A stretch of DNA of 60,633 nt from Escherichia phage Dru_SM1. The DNA is taken from the sequence record PP596835.1; one strand, given 5' to 3'. How positions within the stretch are numbered: the stretch's first letter is position 1; each line of letters begins with the position of its first letter. Positions 28,089 through 37,827 of this stretch are shown piece after piece. Made by a program: the position numbers and the translations under genes. The notes beneath the pieces were generated by a model. The model was given only the letters and a program-made list of their open reading frames with translations, had not been told where the DNA came from and made no database searches.

Positions 28089-29041
28089 TAAACACGTTCT
28101 CCAATTAAAACACCGCGAAGATTTTCCCCAAAGAATGCGCAAGGTTGCGGATACAAACTAAAGTCCGCAGTCTTAACCACATTTTCAAGCAATAGCAGGA
28201 TATCAATATTGTACACTCCCGTTATTGTGCGGTCTTGTAATACGAAGCTCGCACCTTCTGCATCATCGTAATGAGTACGCGCTAGACCGTTTTCAATATA
28301 TACGCGAGGACGATCTTCTGCAAAAGGTTTAATTTTATGCAAACCCTCAAAAAGACCGGGATCAACAGGATGTGCATTGCATTGAACATTTAAAATACGA
28401 CGTATATCCGGCCACTCCGCATCAATAAGCTGTGTTCGCAACCAGCGACCTTCTGGATAATGAAATGTTACATTGTTCTTGCTAACCTGAATATGTGTCG
28501 GGTTAGCTTTAATGCGCAGTATTTCTTTAATAGCAACAGACGGTATTATGCAGTCAATAGGGAATTGATTACCAAACCAATATTCCGCAATGGTGACGTT
28601 ATTTGTAGCAAACAGGCTACCGTTATTAATCAGAATACCGCAAGCCCACGGGCGGGATGCATCTGAGCCTACAAACGGAGCAACGGACTTCACACCATGA
28701 ACGAGGCGAGCCCCATCTATTTCGTATAAATCACCTTCAGGGAATACGTGAGGCGTTTCCTTGTCAATGCAGCGTATAGCAACACGAAACGGTCCGGACT
28801 TAATATTAAGTTTACCGTTAGCCATCATTGTTAACTGTACGGTTTCGTCACAGTTTGAAATAGCTTTAATCATAGGCCCAGCTTCGGGCTTGCAATCAAT
28901 ATCCAGCTCAATAGGGCTACCCAGTGCAATAACACCGTTAAAGCCCTGTACCTGTCCATCACGGATAAGAAAGCTGGTAAGCCCTTCTACCAGTTCCTTT
29001 TTAGCGACGGACCCTTGAACAAATTTAAGAGCGTCTAACAT
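28088..29041 (-). CDS. hypothetical protein (possible polymerase accessory / sliding clamp; unverified)
   Basis: 317-aa ORF translationally coupled to the DNA polymerase gene; function guessed from position only. Confidence 0.3.
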   Translation of the reverse strand: MLDALKFVQGSVAKKELVEGLTSFLIRDGQVQGFNGVIALGSPIELDIDCKPEAGPMIKAISNCDETVQLTMMANGKLNIKSGPFRVAIRCIDKETPHVFPEGDLYEIDGARLVHGVKSVAPFVGSDASRPWACGILINNGSLFATNNVTIAEYWFGNQFPIDCIIPSVAIKEILRIKANPTHIQVSKNNVTFHYPEGRWLRTQLIDAEWPDIRRILNVQCNAHPVDPGLFEGLHKIKPFAEDRPRVYIENGLARTHYDDAEGASFVLQDRTITGVYNIDILLLLENVVKTADFSLYPQPCAFFGENLRGVLIGERV

Positions 29042-29268
29042 TAGCGATCCTCGATTGCTCTAATTGTGGTTAAATCTAATTCGCAGGTTGGAGGGTATCC
29101 ATAAAGTCCCATTTGTTTTCCTTGTGCATTAAACCATGTACCTGACGGATCCTGCCACTGCTTAGGTGTCTTGTGGAGAAATACTACTCTGTTTTCACCG
29201 TAATAATTAATTCTTACTCCTGTGTGAGTATATTTACGTTTACCTTTTGGTCTTCTTAAGTTGGCCAT
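29041..29268 (-). CDS. hypothetical protein
   Basis: 75-aa basic ORF overlapping neighbours. Confidence 0.4.
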   Translation of the reverse strand: MANLRRPKGKRKYTHTGVRINYYGENRVVFLHKTPKQWQDPSGTWFNAQGKQMGLYGYPPTCELDLTTIRAIEDR

Positions 29269-30188
29269 CAGAACAACTCCATTACACGATCACGGAATGT
29301 GCCGTCATGGGTGGCGTTAATGTTTGCAGCAATTACACCATACGCCCATAAGTTGAAGGCAGCACGTGATTCATAGATTGTTGATAAACGTTCGTAAGTG
29401 AAACCGTTTTGCTCAAGGTATTTAAGGACAGCATCCTGTTCAATTTCAGTTAATGTTGAAACATGCTTACCAAAATGATGGCGGTCCGGTGACTTATCTG
29501 ATACGCGCATTGGTCCCCACGGAGGAGTAACCACACTTCCAAACGCTGCCGCTTGAATCCAGGAGGATGAGTCACAGCTATACCACGGATAACGCTCCAT
29601 AATGGTTGTTGACGTAATACCAAACGCATGAAGTTTAATCTTAGCACGCCCGCTACCGTCGCAAATATATTTGTCCCACATGCGGTCAAGCCAAGTTTTA
29701 AGCGTGTCCGTTGAACGCCCTACCATGCCCCCGATGGTGATGTATTCGTAGTTCTTCATGTAGTATTCAAGATAGCGGAAGTCCTCCCCGAAGTGGAAGC
29801 AGGGTAACGGTTTAGCACCGCGTGCTTCCATTTCAAGCTGGTTACGGTAGGTTTGCAACGGATCACCGATACCATCGAGCACCGACGCCATTACTGCACC
29901 ATCTTCTACGCGAAGGATGTCTTTGTTGCGCTTAATGTATTCGCAGTATTCAACAATATCAATGTGAGCACCCAAAGAGTGCGCGGAGAATGCGCCGGAG
30001 TCGAGAAACACTTTAGCCCCGTCCGCACGCATCTGATCAACATACTTTTGACGTCCAACGTAGTGGTATGATTCCAAAATATGGGGCAGATTGCGCGTGA
30101 TATTTTTCTCATGCTCGGATAGCTTTTCGTAACGCTGCTGTCCAGGCATATAACCGTTCGTGTAAACTGCTGCCATAAAAACGTTCAT
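29268..30188 (-). CDS. dpdA: DpdA-like DNA transglycosylase (tRNA-guanine transglycosylase homologue)
   Basis: 306-aa ORF; TGT-like region (KVFLDSGAFSAHSLG), ~300-aa size, and position next to folE/queD/queC/queE. Confidence 0.6.
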   Translation of the reverse strand: MNVFMAAVYTNGYMPGQQRYEKLSEHEKNITRNLPHILESYHYVGRQKYVDQMRADGAKVFLDSGAFSAHSLGAHIDIVEYCEYIKRNKDILRVEDGAVMASVLDGIGDPLQTYRNQLEMEARGAKPLPCFHFGEDFRYLEYYMKNYEYITIGGMVGRSTDTLKTWLDRMWDKYICDGSGRAKIKLHAFGITSTTIMERYPWYSCDSSSWIQAAAFGSVVTPPWGPMRVSDKSPDRHHFGKHVSTLTEIEQDAVLKYLEQNGFTYERLSTIYESRAAFNLWAYGVIAANINATHDGTFRDRVMELF

Positions 30189-30391
30189 TTTTGGAATGGT
30201 CCTCCAAACTGATCAATTAATTCTAAAGTACGCCACGCTTCATTAAATGCTTCGTCCGCTCGATGTTTAGCGTCAATAATCTGCTGCTTTAAAACATCTG
30301 TAGGCGCATCATTCTGTATTGCAGAGCAAGCATCCGCAGTACCTGCTTTAAGCTGGTAGAATGCTGTCTCTAAGATTAGTTGTCTTGACAT
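30185..30391 (-). CDS. hypothetical protein
   Basis: 68 aa from ATG 30391 with GGAGGAAAT RBS. Confidence 0.4.
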   Translation of the reverse strand: MSRQLILETAFYQLKAGTADACSAIQNDAPTDVLKQQIIDAKHRADEAFNEAWRTLELIDQFGGPFQK

Positions 30392-30462
30392 ATTTCCTCC
30401 AATGACTAAAAAGCCCATACCAGTATTATGACCGATATGGGCTTGATCTGTAAAGCTATCTA

Positions 30463-31110
30463 TTATTTACAAGCTTCGAGGAACTCCCGGCGCCAATATG
30501 CACCCATATCGGTTCCCCCCAGCCCCGCGCGTGCGGTGCATCCGCGGAATGCTTTGGTAATAGTAGAGCTGCCGCATACCTGCTTAACACCGCGCGACTC
30601 CATGCACATATGCTTGGCGTCAATATAAACACATACAGCTTTCGGGTTTAAATGCTCCTGAATAGCGTCAGCAATCTGGTTAGTTAGACGCTCTTGCACT
30701 TGCAAGCGACGGCTAAAAGCATCAACCACGCGAGACAGTTTACTGAGCCCCACGATGCGACCGTTAGGAACATACCCCACGACAGCGCGACCGATAATAG
30801 GGGCCATATGGTGTTCACAATGACTGTAAACAGGAATATCACGAACAATGACCATTTCATTGGTGTTTTCCGCCCCATCCTCAAAGGTTTTAAACAGACC
30901 AGCAATATCTACATCGTAACCGCTAAACCATGTAGCATAAGCTTTAGCGACACGGTCTGGAGTCTCTGCTAATCCTGGACGTAATTCAATGCAATCTTCA
31001 ATCTGAGTTAGTAAAGTATGCACCGCGCGAGCAATACGGAATTGAGTACCTTCATTATCAATAGTAAATTTTGGCATGGTTTGCAGTTTCCTTGTTGTTA
31101 ATGTGGTCAT
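30463..31110 (-). CDS. folE: GTP cyclohydrolase I
   Basis: 215-aa ORF; catalytic region CEHHMAPI and [23 protein letters not shown] closely resemble bacterial FolE; start overlaps queD stop. Confidence 0.85.
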   Translation of the reverse strand: MTTLTTRKLQTMPKFTIDNEGTQFRIARAVHTLLTQIEDCIELRPGLAETPDRVAKAYATWFSGYDVDIAGLFKTFEDGAENTNEMVIVRDIPVYSHCEHHMAPIIGRAVVGYVPNGRIVGLSKLSRVVDAFSRRLQVQERLTNQIADAIQEHLNPKAVCVYIDAKHMCMESRGVKQVCGSSTITKAFRGCTARAGLGGTDMGAYWRREFLEACK

Positions 31111-31111
31111 A

Positions 31112-31633
31112 TTACAGGCTATAGTTTACGTGACATTTCGAAGTTTCTTCGATGGTGCATTCTACAAGTTGAACACCATGTTCGTCAAGCAGTTGTGGCC
31201 CAATTACTTCAACCATGTACGCAGCTAAGTTTTCAGCGGTCGGGTTGAATGGAAGTGACACCAGCGAACCTAAATAATCCATTTGATCCCGATGCGACAT
31301 ATTGTCCATAGTTGTCGTATCTACAAATTTATTTAAGCTCTTAATGAGAGGATCATGCTCCCAGTGCAGGAACTTATGGTCCCAGTTATCTTCCAGCCAC
31401 TGACACAGCGTAGTTTTGACCACACTAAAATCGATCACGCGTCCCACGTCGTCCAGCCCACCTTTTTCGCGAAGTGTGCCACAGCGAATAACTTTAACGT
31501 CCGTACGACCTTTCGGTGCAACCTTAAAGTAAAACTTATAGTTGTGACCGTGAATGTGGCGACATTTGCTTTCATGACCCACAACACGATGTCCGGCGCA
31601 AATCTCATGTGAACGAATTACTGTATAGCTCAT
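31112..31633 (-). CDS. queD: 6-carboxytetrahydropterin synthase
   Basis: 173-aa ORF with QueD/PTPS zinc motifs (CAGHRVVGH ... CRHIHGHNY). Confidence 0.8.
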   Translation of the reverse strand: MSYTVIRSHEICAGHRVVGHESKCRHIHGHNYKFYFKVAPKGRTDVKVIRCGTLREKGGLDDVGRVIDFSVVKTTLCQWLEDNWDHKFLHWEHDPLIKSLNKFVDTTTMDNMSHRDQMDYLGSLVSLPFNPTAENLAAYMVEVIGPQLLDEHGVQLVECTIEETSKCHVNYSL

Positions 31634-31887
31634 TTTAATACCTCTTTAGATTGTTCAATTTCTAACGCACGCTGTGCAGACGCAATAATGTCTTTCAAAT
31701 CTTCTACAAGATTCTTATGACCGCGTTCGCCAGGCTGCAACGCCTTTTTAATCAAATGTTGTAAAGCTGGGTTAGTTGTCTTCCAAGCTTCCAAGACATC
31801 ATACACGTCCACGATGCATTTTACAACATTCCCGTTTTGATCTTTACCATAAATAACTTTCTGGTATTTATTCAAATTATCTTTCAT
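31630..31887 (-). CDS. hypothetical protein
   Basis: ORF 31630-31932; likely start ATG 31887 abutting the upstream gene. Confidence 0.35.
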   Translation of the reverse strand: MKDNLNKYQKVIYGKDQNGNVVKCIVDVYDVLEAWKTTNPALQHLIKKALQPGERGHKNLVEDLKDIIASAQRALEIEQSKEVLK

Positions 31888-31889
31888 TT

Positions 31890-32369
31890 TTACGCTCTCG
31901 CTGTACGTGAATGAACTTCGTAAACAACCCAAAGGATAGCGGACGCTGTGAATTTACTTAAGCTCATTGCTACCATAGATCCCGGATTAACAATACCTAT
32001 AATACTTAAGAACACAATGGAGTCAATTGGTACAGCTACCAAAGAGCTGATAAATACTCGTTGATGGAAAGGCTTCTTGGTGACCGTGTATACTACATAA
32101 TCCGCAAACTCACTAAGCGCAAAAGACGCAACGGATGCAACTACAACCGCAGGATCTCCGAACACCCAGCTAAGAATGCAACCAACAATCATTGCAGGGA
32201 TAACACCTTTGCCAGCGTTACGCTGTGCGTAATCACGAAGAACAAAGATAATACCTACAAAGAAAGCCATCATAGGGACTACGCCAAGTGGCGTATTAAG
32301 CATCGGAAGGTAGGAAAAGCCCAGGTTTACGAATGTAATTGCAGCCAGATAAGCAACGATAAATTTCAT
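31890..32369 (-). CDS. multi-pass membrane protein (possible queuosine-precursor transporter)
   Basis: 159-aa ORF with ~5 hydrophobic segments inside the que cluster; transporter role inferred from context only. Confidence 0.35.
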   Translation of the reverse strand: MKFIVAYLAAITFVNLGFSYLPMLNTPLGVVPMMAFFVGIIFVLRDYAQRNAGKGVIPAMIVGCILSWVFGDPAVVVASVASFALSEFADYVVYTVTKKPFHQRVFISSLVAVPIDSIVFLSIIGIVNPGSMVAMSLSKFTASAILWVVYEVHSRTARA

Positions 32370-32489
32370 ACTTTTGTTCTCCAGTTTTAACAGCGCTATT
32401 CGCTGGTTGTTGGGTTTAAAAGCTTTAGTAGTATAGTTGGGTTACCGCACCCTAAACAATGCGCTAGCGGTGCGGTTTTCGCGGTAAGA

Positions 32490-33197
32490 TCAAGCTTTGC
32501 TAATAAATTCGCTGTACCCTTTAGCACGCAGTTTGCACGCTGGACATTCCCCGCAACCGTATCCCCAGTCATGCAGAGTACGACGGACGCCATTATAGCA
32601 CGTATGGGACTGCTCAATTACTGTGGTTAAGAAACCAACCTTATCCGCCAGCTCAAACGTTTCTGCTTTATTTAAACGCATAAGCGGAGTAACAAAATGG
32701 ATATCTGTTTCATATCCAACGTTTAAGGTAGCTTCAAGCAAATCTACAAACTGCTGACGGCAATCCGGATAACCGCTATAGTCCGTTTCACAGACGCCCG
32801 TAACCACATATCGGGCTCCAACCTTCTGCGCGTAGGCGTGCGCGGTAGTCAGGAAAAGGGCGTTACGGTTTGGCACAAAGCTTGCTGGAAGGTTGTTGTG
32901 CTGTTCGTGATGTTCGTTAACATCACCTTCGTTTCCGATTAAAGCACTATTGCCGATCTGTTTCAATGCAGGTAATTCAAAGACAACAAACGGAACATTG
33001 TGCTCTTTACAAATTTGATTAGCACAAGCCAGCTCAATGTTATGACGTTGACCGTATGCAAAACCAATAGCGTAGACTTTATCGTAGTTATTCAGTGCAA
33101 GACCTAGACAAGTCACGCTGTCCTGGCCGCCAGACAGGACGACAACGGCGGAGTTATGATTTTTTACAGGGAATACCAGTTTATCTAATTTATTCAT
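32490..33197 (-). CDS. queC: 7-cyano-7-deazaguanine (preQ0) synthase
   Basis: 235-aa ORF; PP-loop VVLSGGQDS; C-terminal zinc Cys cluster (CYNG...GCGECPAC); stand-alone QueC size, no extra domain. Confidence 0.85.
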   Translation of the reverse strand: MNKLDKLVFPVKNHNSAVVVLSGGQDSVTCLGLALNNYDKVYAIGFAYGQRHNIELACANQICKEHNVPFVVFELPALKQIGNSALIGNEGDVNEHHEQHNNLPASFVPNRNALFLTTAHAYAQKVGARYVVTGVCETDYSGYPDCRQQFVDLLEATLNVGYETDIHFVTPLMRLNKAETFELADKVGFLTTVIEQSHTCYNGVRRTLHDWGYGCGECPACKLRAKGYSEFISKA

Positions 33198-33198
33198 T

Positions 33199-33387
33199 TT
33201 AGAAACCTTTAAGGCTAATATTAAGGTTAACGACTACTTGTTCAACTACAGCTTCAGATGTTACCTGACGCTGGTGTATCTCAAGCTCCGAATGTATTTT
33301 CTTGGATGCAGCGCGACAAATAGCGTCATTCAACTCGTCTTGTAAACGTTGAATTTTCTGCATAAGGATTACAGTTTCTTCATTCAT
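33199..33387 (-). CDS. hypothetical protein
   Basis: 62-aa ORF between queC and queE. Confidence 0.35.
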   Translation of the reverse strand: MNEETVILMQKIQRLQDELNDAICRAASKKIHSELEIHQRQVTSEAVVEQVVVNLNISLKGF

Positions 33388-33592
33388 TTACTTCACCTTT
33401 AATATCGCAAGGGTTAATTGTTACGTTAGACATTACAATTGGATGATTGCGCGCTCCAATTGTACTAACGTGATTAATATCCAATTCTACATGCACGCCC
33501 TGCATAGTAGCGTGAGCAATTGAAGAATTAAGTTTTTCTACCAGCTCAGTGATCATTTCCTGATGCTGTTTCGCTTCTTCCAAAGTGACCAT
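33380..33592 (-). CDS. hypothetical protein
   Basis: 70-aa ORF overlapping neighbours. Confidence 0.35.
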   Translation of the reverse strand: MVTLEEAKQHQEMITELVEKLNSSIAHATMQGVHVELDINHVSTIGARNHPIVMSNVTINPCDIKGEVNE

Positions 33593-34299
33593 TATTCCAC
33601 CCCGATATATTTGTGAACCTGAAGCTGCAACGTGTAACCGTGTTTCATACAGCTTTGGACAACGGCTTGGATATTACTGTGGTTAAGGTCTTCATCCTGC
33701 TCGTCCATTGGCTGTAAATATATCTTACCCTTGAAACCCTTCGGAGGTCTAGCGATAAATGGCGTAGCTTGATGATCTAATGCTTGAAGAGGTAAACCGT
33801 CTTCCACGTTTACACAGCACGCTTTAAGTACATATTTAAATGCATTAGCGCGGTACAGCACAGAAGGATGAATCTTTGAAGTCTTGGGACTACATACAAT
33901 CACAGGTAACTGGGAAAAGTTCTTAGGTAAAGGCATAGACCCATTAGTTTCAATTTGCACCAAATAGCCCCGCGATAACAGTTGTTCAATGAAGGGGTTA
34001 ATTTGCTGACGGAACGGTTCACCCCCAGTGATAACCACAAGTGAGGTGCTATTGCCCGATTCCAGCTTACGGCTTTCGATTAAACGCATAATATCAACGA
34101 TATGATAAAGGCTACGACCAACAGTATAATCTGTATCACAGCCAGGACATTGCAGGTTACACCCAGCAAGACGCACAAATACAGCAGGTTGACCGCAGAA
34201 TGGACCTTCACCCTGAATGGTAGAGAATACCGAATGCACGTCTAAATACATATCGTTTTCTTTAGAACGGGACTCGGGAGCTTGTTGATTAATATTCAT
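33592..34299 (-). CDS. queE: 7-carboxy-7-deazaguanine synthase (radical SAM)
   Basis: 235-aa ORF; QueE-type motifs (TIQGEGPFCGQPAVFVRLAGCNLQCPGCDT); AGAGGA RBS. Confidence 0.8.
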   Translation of the reverse strand: MNINQQAPESRSKENDMYLDVHSVFSTIQGEGPFCGQPAVFVRLAGCNLQCPGCDTDYTVGRSLYHIVDIMRLIESRKLESGNSTSLVVITGGEPFRQQINPFIEQLLSRGYLVQIETNGSMPLPKNFSQLPVIVCSPKTSKIHPSVLYRANAFKYVLKACCVNVEDGLPLQALDHQATPFIARPPKGFKGKIYLQPMDEQDEDLNHSNIQAVVQSCMKHGYTLQLQVHKYIGVE

Positions 34300-34311
34300 C
34301 TTAAATCCTCT

Positions 34312-34343
34312 AGTGAAAAAGAAAGCGCCTCATTGGGCGCTTT
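34312..34343 (-). terminator. rho-independent terminator (leftward)
   Basis: hairpin AAAGCGCC-TCATTG-GGCGCTTT followed on the minus strand by a T-run (rc of GTGAAAAAG); lies between the Ala/Lys-rich gene and queE. Confidence 0.5.
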
Positions 34344-34368
34344 CATTATAACGTGATATGTTTTGATA

Positions 34369-35169
34369 TTACAAGCCGTTCAGGGCTTCCGGTACTGGTA
34401 CAGGTACGCGACCAGTCACACCATTAAATTTCTTCCAGCGTGCATACTGGGTTTTAACGGTATCTTCGTTCAGACCATGTCGACCAGCCAGGTTCAGAAC
34501 ATAAGAGATCGGAGCAGGCTGACCCAGCGTAGCGCTAATGTGGTCCATCAGAGCCCAGGCACGACCGCAGGAAGTTTCCGGTTGCGGACGACGAACACCG
34601 TTCTGTTCCGGCATACGATTAGCTTCTTTTTCTTTCTCGCGGAGCTCTTTAGCGCGCGCTTTTTCCGCTTCTTTTTCTGCCTGTTTTGCAGCACGGATCT
34701 TGTCTTTGAAGCCTTTAATAGTAGCTTCCAGACCATCCACCAGGCCCTGAGCAGAAGTTACAGCACCGGACAGGTCTTCACCTTTAGACTTCTTAACAAC
34801 AGCTTTCAGCTCTTTCAGAGCTTCTTTAATGGTCTTCAGGTTTGCAGATCCCTGAGTTTCTGCTTCCGTGATTTGTTCAACAGTGCTTTCGTCGGTGACG
34901 GTAGCCAAAGAGTTTTTCAGAATTTCAGCAGCGTTAGCAATCGCATTAAATTTGTTTTCCGCTTCAGCGCGGATTTCAGCTTGTTTCTTTTCAGCGGCAG
35001 CTTTTTTCTCTGCTTCTTTTTTCTCTTTTGCTACGCGTGCAGCTTCAGCAGCAGCGGCTTTCTTAGCTTCTGCGTCATTCACAGTAGCTTCTTTCTTTGC
35101 AGGTTTAGCAGATTTTGCAGCGGCAGCGGCGGCTGCAGCAGCAGCTTTTTTGTCTTCAATGTTGCTCAT
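34369..35169 (-). CDS. Ala/Lys-rich protein (histone H1-like low-complexity region; possible DNA-binding protein)
   Basis: 266 aa from ATG 35169; N-terminal ~200 aa are Ala/Lys/Glu repeats (KKAAAAAAAAAAKSAKPAKKEA..., AKEKKEAEKKAAAEKK), C-terminal ~70 aa non-repetitive. Confidence 0.5.
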   Translation of the reverse strand: MSNIEDKKAAAAAAAAAAKSAKPAKKEATVNDAEAKKAAAAEAARVAKEKKEAEKKAAAEKKQAEIRAEAENKFNAIANAAEILKNSLATVTDESTVEQITEAETQGSANLKTIKEALKELKAVVKKSKGEDLSGAVTSAQGLVDGLEATIKGFKDKIRAAKQAEKEAEKARAKELREKEKEANRMPEQNGVRRPQPETSCGRAWALMDHISATLGQPAPISYVLNLAGRHGLNEDTVKTQYARWKKFNGVTGRVPVPVPEALNGL

Positions 35170-35295
35170 TCTCTTCACTCCGAATTGTTATGGGTTCGTT
35201 TGTTACCAACGGGTTAAATGTACCAAAGGATTTTGTGACACGCAACCCCTTATCTGAACATTTTTAAAAATATTTTTGATCAAGCTTAGAACTTA

Positions 35296-35790
35296 CTAGC
35301 TCTTTGCCCCTCTTCCCGGCGTCCATGCAGCTTGCAATGCGGGTTGTTCACAAACGACCCGGGCACCGGAAATAATACCACCCTCCCGTTCAGCATCGTA
35401 TTTGACACGGGCAGGTTTCCAAAGTCCTTCATCCATTGACGGAACGTATTGCCCAATTTGAGGTGAGCAAAAGCCTTGGATATCGTATTCCACACAGAAT
35501 TCGGCTTGTGCGCTGATTTGGGCGTGATCCAGGATTGTTTCTGGAAGTTGCGTAAAGTAATCAAACAAAATGCGCTCAACGATTTCCCGTTCATAAGGTG
35601 CAGCTCCTAAATTTTCTGTCAAGTTAATATAAAGCATTTGAAGATCAACATCTTCAAGATCATGTAAATTGTCTACTGGTGTTACCAGTGTCGACTCAGG
35701 GCAACAAATAATTCCAAGTTGGTGTAGTGTCAGCCAATTGGGATGCTTTGCCAAGAGTTCAAATTTATCTGTATCAATTAGGACGTACAT
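35296..35790 (-). CDS. hypothetical protein
   Basis: likely start ATG 35790 with AGGGGA RBS; acidic. Confidence 0.4.
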   Translation of the reverse strand: MYVLIDTDKFELLAKHPNWLTLHQLGIICCPESTLVTPVDNLHDLEDVDLQMLYINLTENLGAAPYEREIVERILFDYFTQLPETILDHAQISAQAEFCVEYDIQGFCSPQIGQYVPSMDEGLWKPARVKYDAEREGGIISGARVVCEQPALQAAWTPGRGAKS

Positions 35791-35848
35791 TGCAATCCCC
35801 TGTAAATAAGTAATGCCCAATAGTAGGAGCATTAGATGTTGAAGTCAA

Positions 35849-37825
35849 TTAGAACGGAACGTAATCCGGATCATCTACTTGTACAGGATTAACCACATTA
35901 TTCACCGTTATACCTTGCGTATTCTGTGAAACAATATCATCCCAGCTCACATCATCGTTATAGCTTGGACCTTCGGTTGTTCCATCCTGCCCGTATACTT
36001 TAACTTGAATAGCTTCGTCGTCCTGTGGAGCTTCAAACTTACCGAAACACGTACCATCATAATCATAGTTCAATATCTCAGGCCATTTCTTATTGGTATG
36101 AACTTTGATGTATTTCGGTGTTTTAAGCATTGCAGCAACATCAAGAGCTTCTTCAATAGTTTGTGGTAAAGGAAGATGCGTCCTTTTCTTCCACCATGCA
36201 ACCGCTTTACGACCTGCCCAGTCGCCATGCAGCAAAGCTACCCATTCGCTAAATATTTTACTACCGCAATAATAAGTCACCTTCATTGTTGGAGGTTTAG
36301 AGCTGTCATTGCGTTTAGTGTGCTTCGCATAAGTAACATGCGTAACTTTAAAGTCTTCAACTACCGGAATGTCCTGCTTGATCAGGGCTTCCGTACTTGC
36401 AGCTTTCTTGAGTTTGGTCTGGAACTTAAACTCATGACCGCAAAAGCCTTCTTTAACGTAATCCGTCCCGCGTAGCCTAAATCCTTTCAGATATAATTGT
36501 TGAACTTGTTCCTGTGTGACGCTGTCCATTGGGATTGGTGCGAAGCCACCGCAATAGCGAGCAGATGCATGATTATACGACCCGCATACATCACATTCTT
36601 TAACCGGAGCAGTACCAGCACCTTTTTCGCCAGGGCGCTTGGGCTTAACAGGGTCGTTAATAGGGCCTAAACGCCGCGTATTACCGCTGAAATCCAGTAC
36701 AAGGCAGTTCTGCTTAGGGCTTGCCGCAATAGCTTGTAAGCGCCCCTCCTGCGTGGAAAGATCAAAGCCCTCCGCGTACACCGGACGCGTACCGCGACCC
36801 AGCATCTGGACCCATAGCACCGCCGACGCAGTGGGGCGAAGCATGATAATCAGATCAAGCATTGGATGGTCGAAACCTGTGGTTAAGACGTTGTTGTTCG
36901 TTAACGCACGAAATTCACCGCGCTTGAACTTTTCAATAATCTCGTCACGCTCTTTTGCATCAAGCTTTGAGTGAATACATCCGCAACTAATACCCATATC
37001 GTTCAGCATATCGCACGCGTCTTTAGCGTGTTCAATACCAGAACAAAATATAAGCCAGCTTTGACGGTCTTCACCACATTCAATCGCTTCCTCAAGTGCG
37101 CGGAGTGTTGCGTCATCGCGATTTACCGCACTTTGCAACTCACTCTGGATAAACTCACCGCCGCGTTTACCTACCCCGTTGAGGTCCAACTCCATCTTTG
37201 TACGCTTCGGCACAACCGGAAGCAAATAACCTTGCTCCAGGAACCAGTTAAAGGCTTCAGGGGTAGTTGCATCAAACGTTACTTTATCAAATAAAGCATC
37301 ATCGTCTTCGTTTTCCTTAACAATTGAGCCGTAACCCAGTCGATAAGGTGTAGCGGTAAGGCCGATAATTTTTAAATACGGGTTAACTTCACGCAATGCT
37401 GCAAAGAACTTCTTATACATTGTTGCATCACGCGGACTAATAAGGTGCGCTTCATCCACAAAGATTAGATCAACCTTGCCGAACTTTTTAGGATGCTTAG
37501 CAACAGATGCAATCCCCGCAAAGGTAATAAGATTGTAGACTTCTTTACGCTTCAAACCTGCGCTGTAAATACCTGCTGGCGCTTCGGGCCAGACTTTCAT
37601 TAATTTATCATAGTTTTGTGCAATTAACTCTTTGACGTGAGTTAACATCATTACGCGCTGGTTTGGATACCATTTGTAAAGCAGATCGAGGAACCCCGCG
37701 ATAACGAGCGATTTTCCTGTCCCTGTTGGTAACAGGATCAAAGGGTTCCCCGCGTTACCCTTTTCAGCGTCAAAATAGCGAAAAACGCTATAGACTGCTT
37801 CCTGTTGATAATCGCGGAGATTCAT
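35849..37825 (-). CDS. SF2 DEAH-box helicase
   Basis: 658-aa ORF; Walker A (LLPTGTGKS), DEAH (FVDEAHLIS), helicase C region (LTTGFD, QMLGRGTRP); Cys cluster CDVCGSYNHASARYCGG. Confidence 0.75.
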   Translation of the reverse strand: MNLRDYQQEAVYSVFRYFDAEKGNAGNPLILLPTGTGKSLVIAGFLDLLYKWYPNQRVMMLTHVKELIAQNYDKLMKVWPEAPAGIYSAGLKRKEVYNLITFAGIASVAKHPKKFGKVDLIFVDEAHLISPRDATMYKKFFAALREVNPYLKIIGLTATPYRLGYGSIVKENEDDDALFDKVTFDATTPEAFNWFLEQGYLLPVVPKRTKMELDLNGVGKRGGEFIQSELQSAVNRDDATLRALEEAIECGEDRQSWLIFCSGIEHAKDACDMLNDMGISCGCIHSKLDAKERDEIIEKFKRGEFRALTNNNVLTTGFDHPMLDLIIMLRPTASAVLWVQMLGRGTRPVYAEGFDLSTQEGRLQAIAASPKQNCLVLDFSGNTRRLGPINDPVKPKRPGEKGAGTAPVKECDVCGSYNHASARYCGGFAPIPMDSVTQEQVQQLYLKGFRLRGTDYVKEGFCGHEFKFQTKLKKAASTEALIKQDIPVVEDFKVTHVTYAKHTKRNDSSKPPTMKVTYYCGSKIFSEWVALLHGDWAGRKAVAWWKKRTHLPLPQTIEEALDVAAMLKTPKYIKVHTNKKWPEILNYDYDGTCFGKFEAPQDDEAIQVKVYGQDGTTEGPSYNDDVSWDDIVSQNTQGITVNNVVNPVQVDDPDYVPF

Positions 37826-37827
37826 AA

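Noticed and set aside
34363-35257. Rightward ORFs of 284 and 129 aa antisense to the Ala/Lys-rich gene
   Set aside because: Low-complexity Phe/Ser/Cys-rich translations produced by reading the repetitive GC-rich coding strand backwards; no RBS; the leftward gene is coherent.
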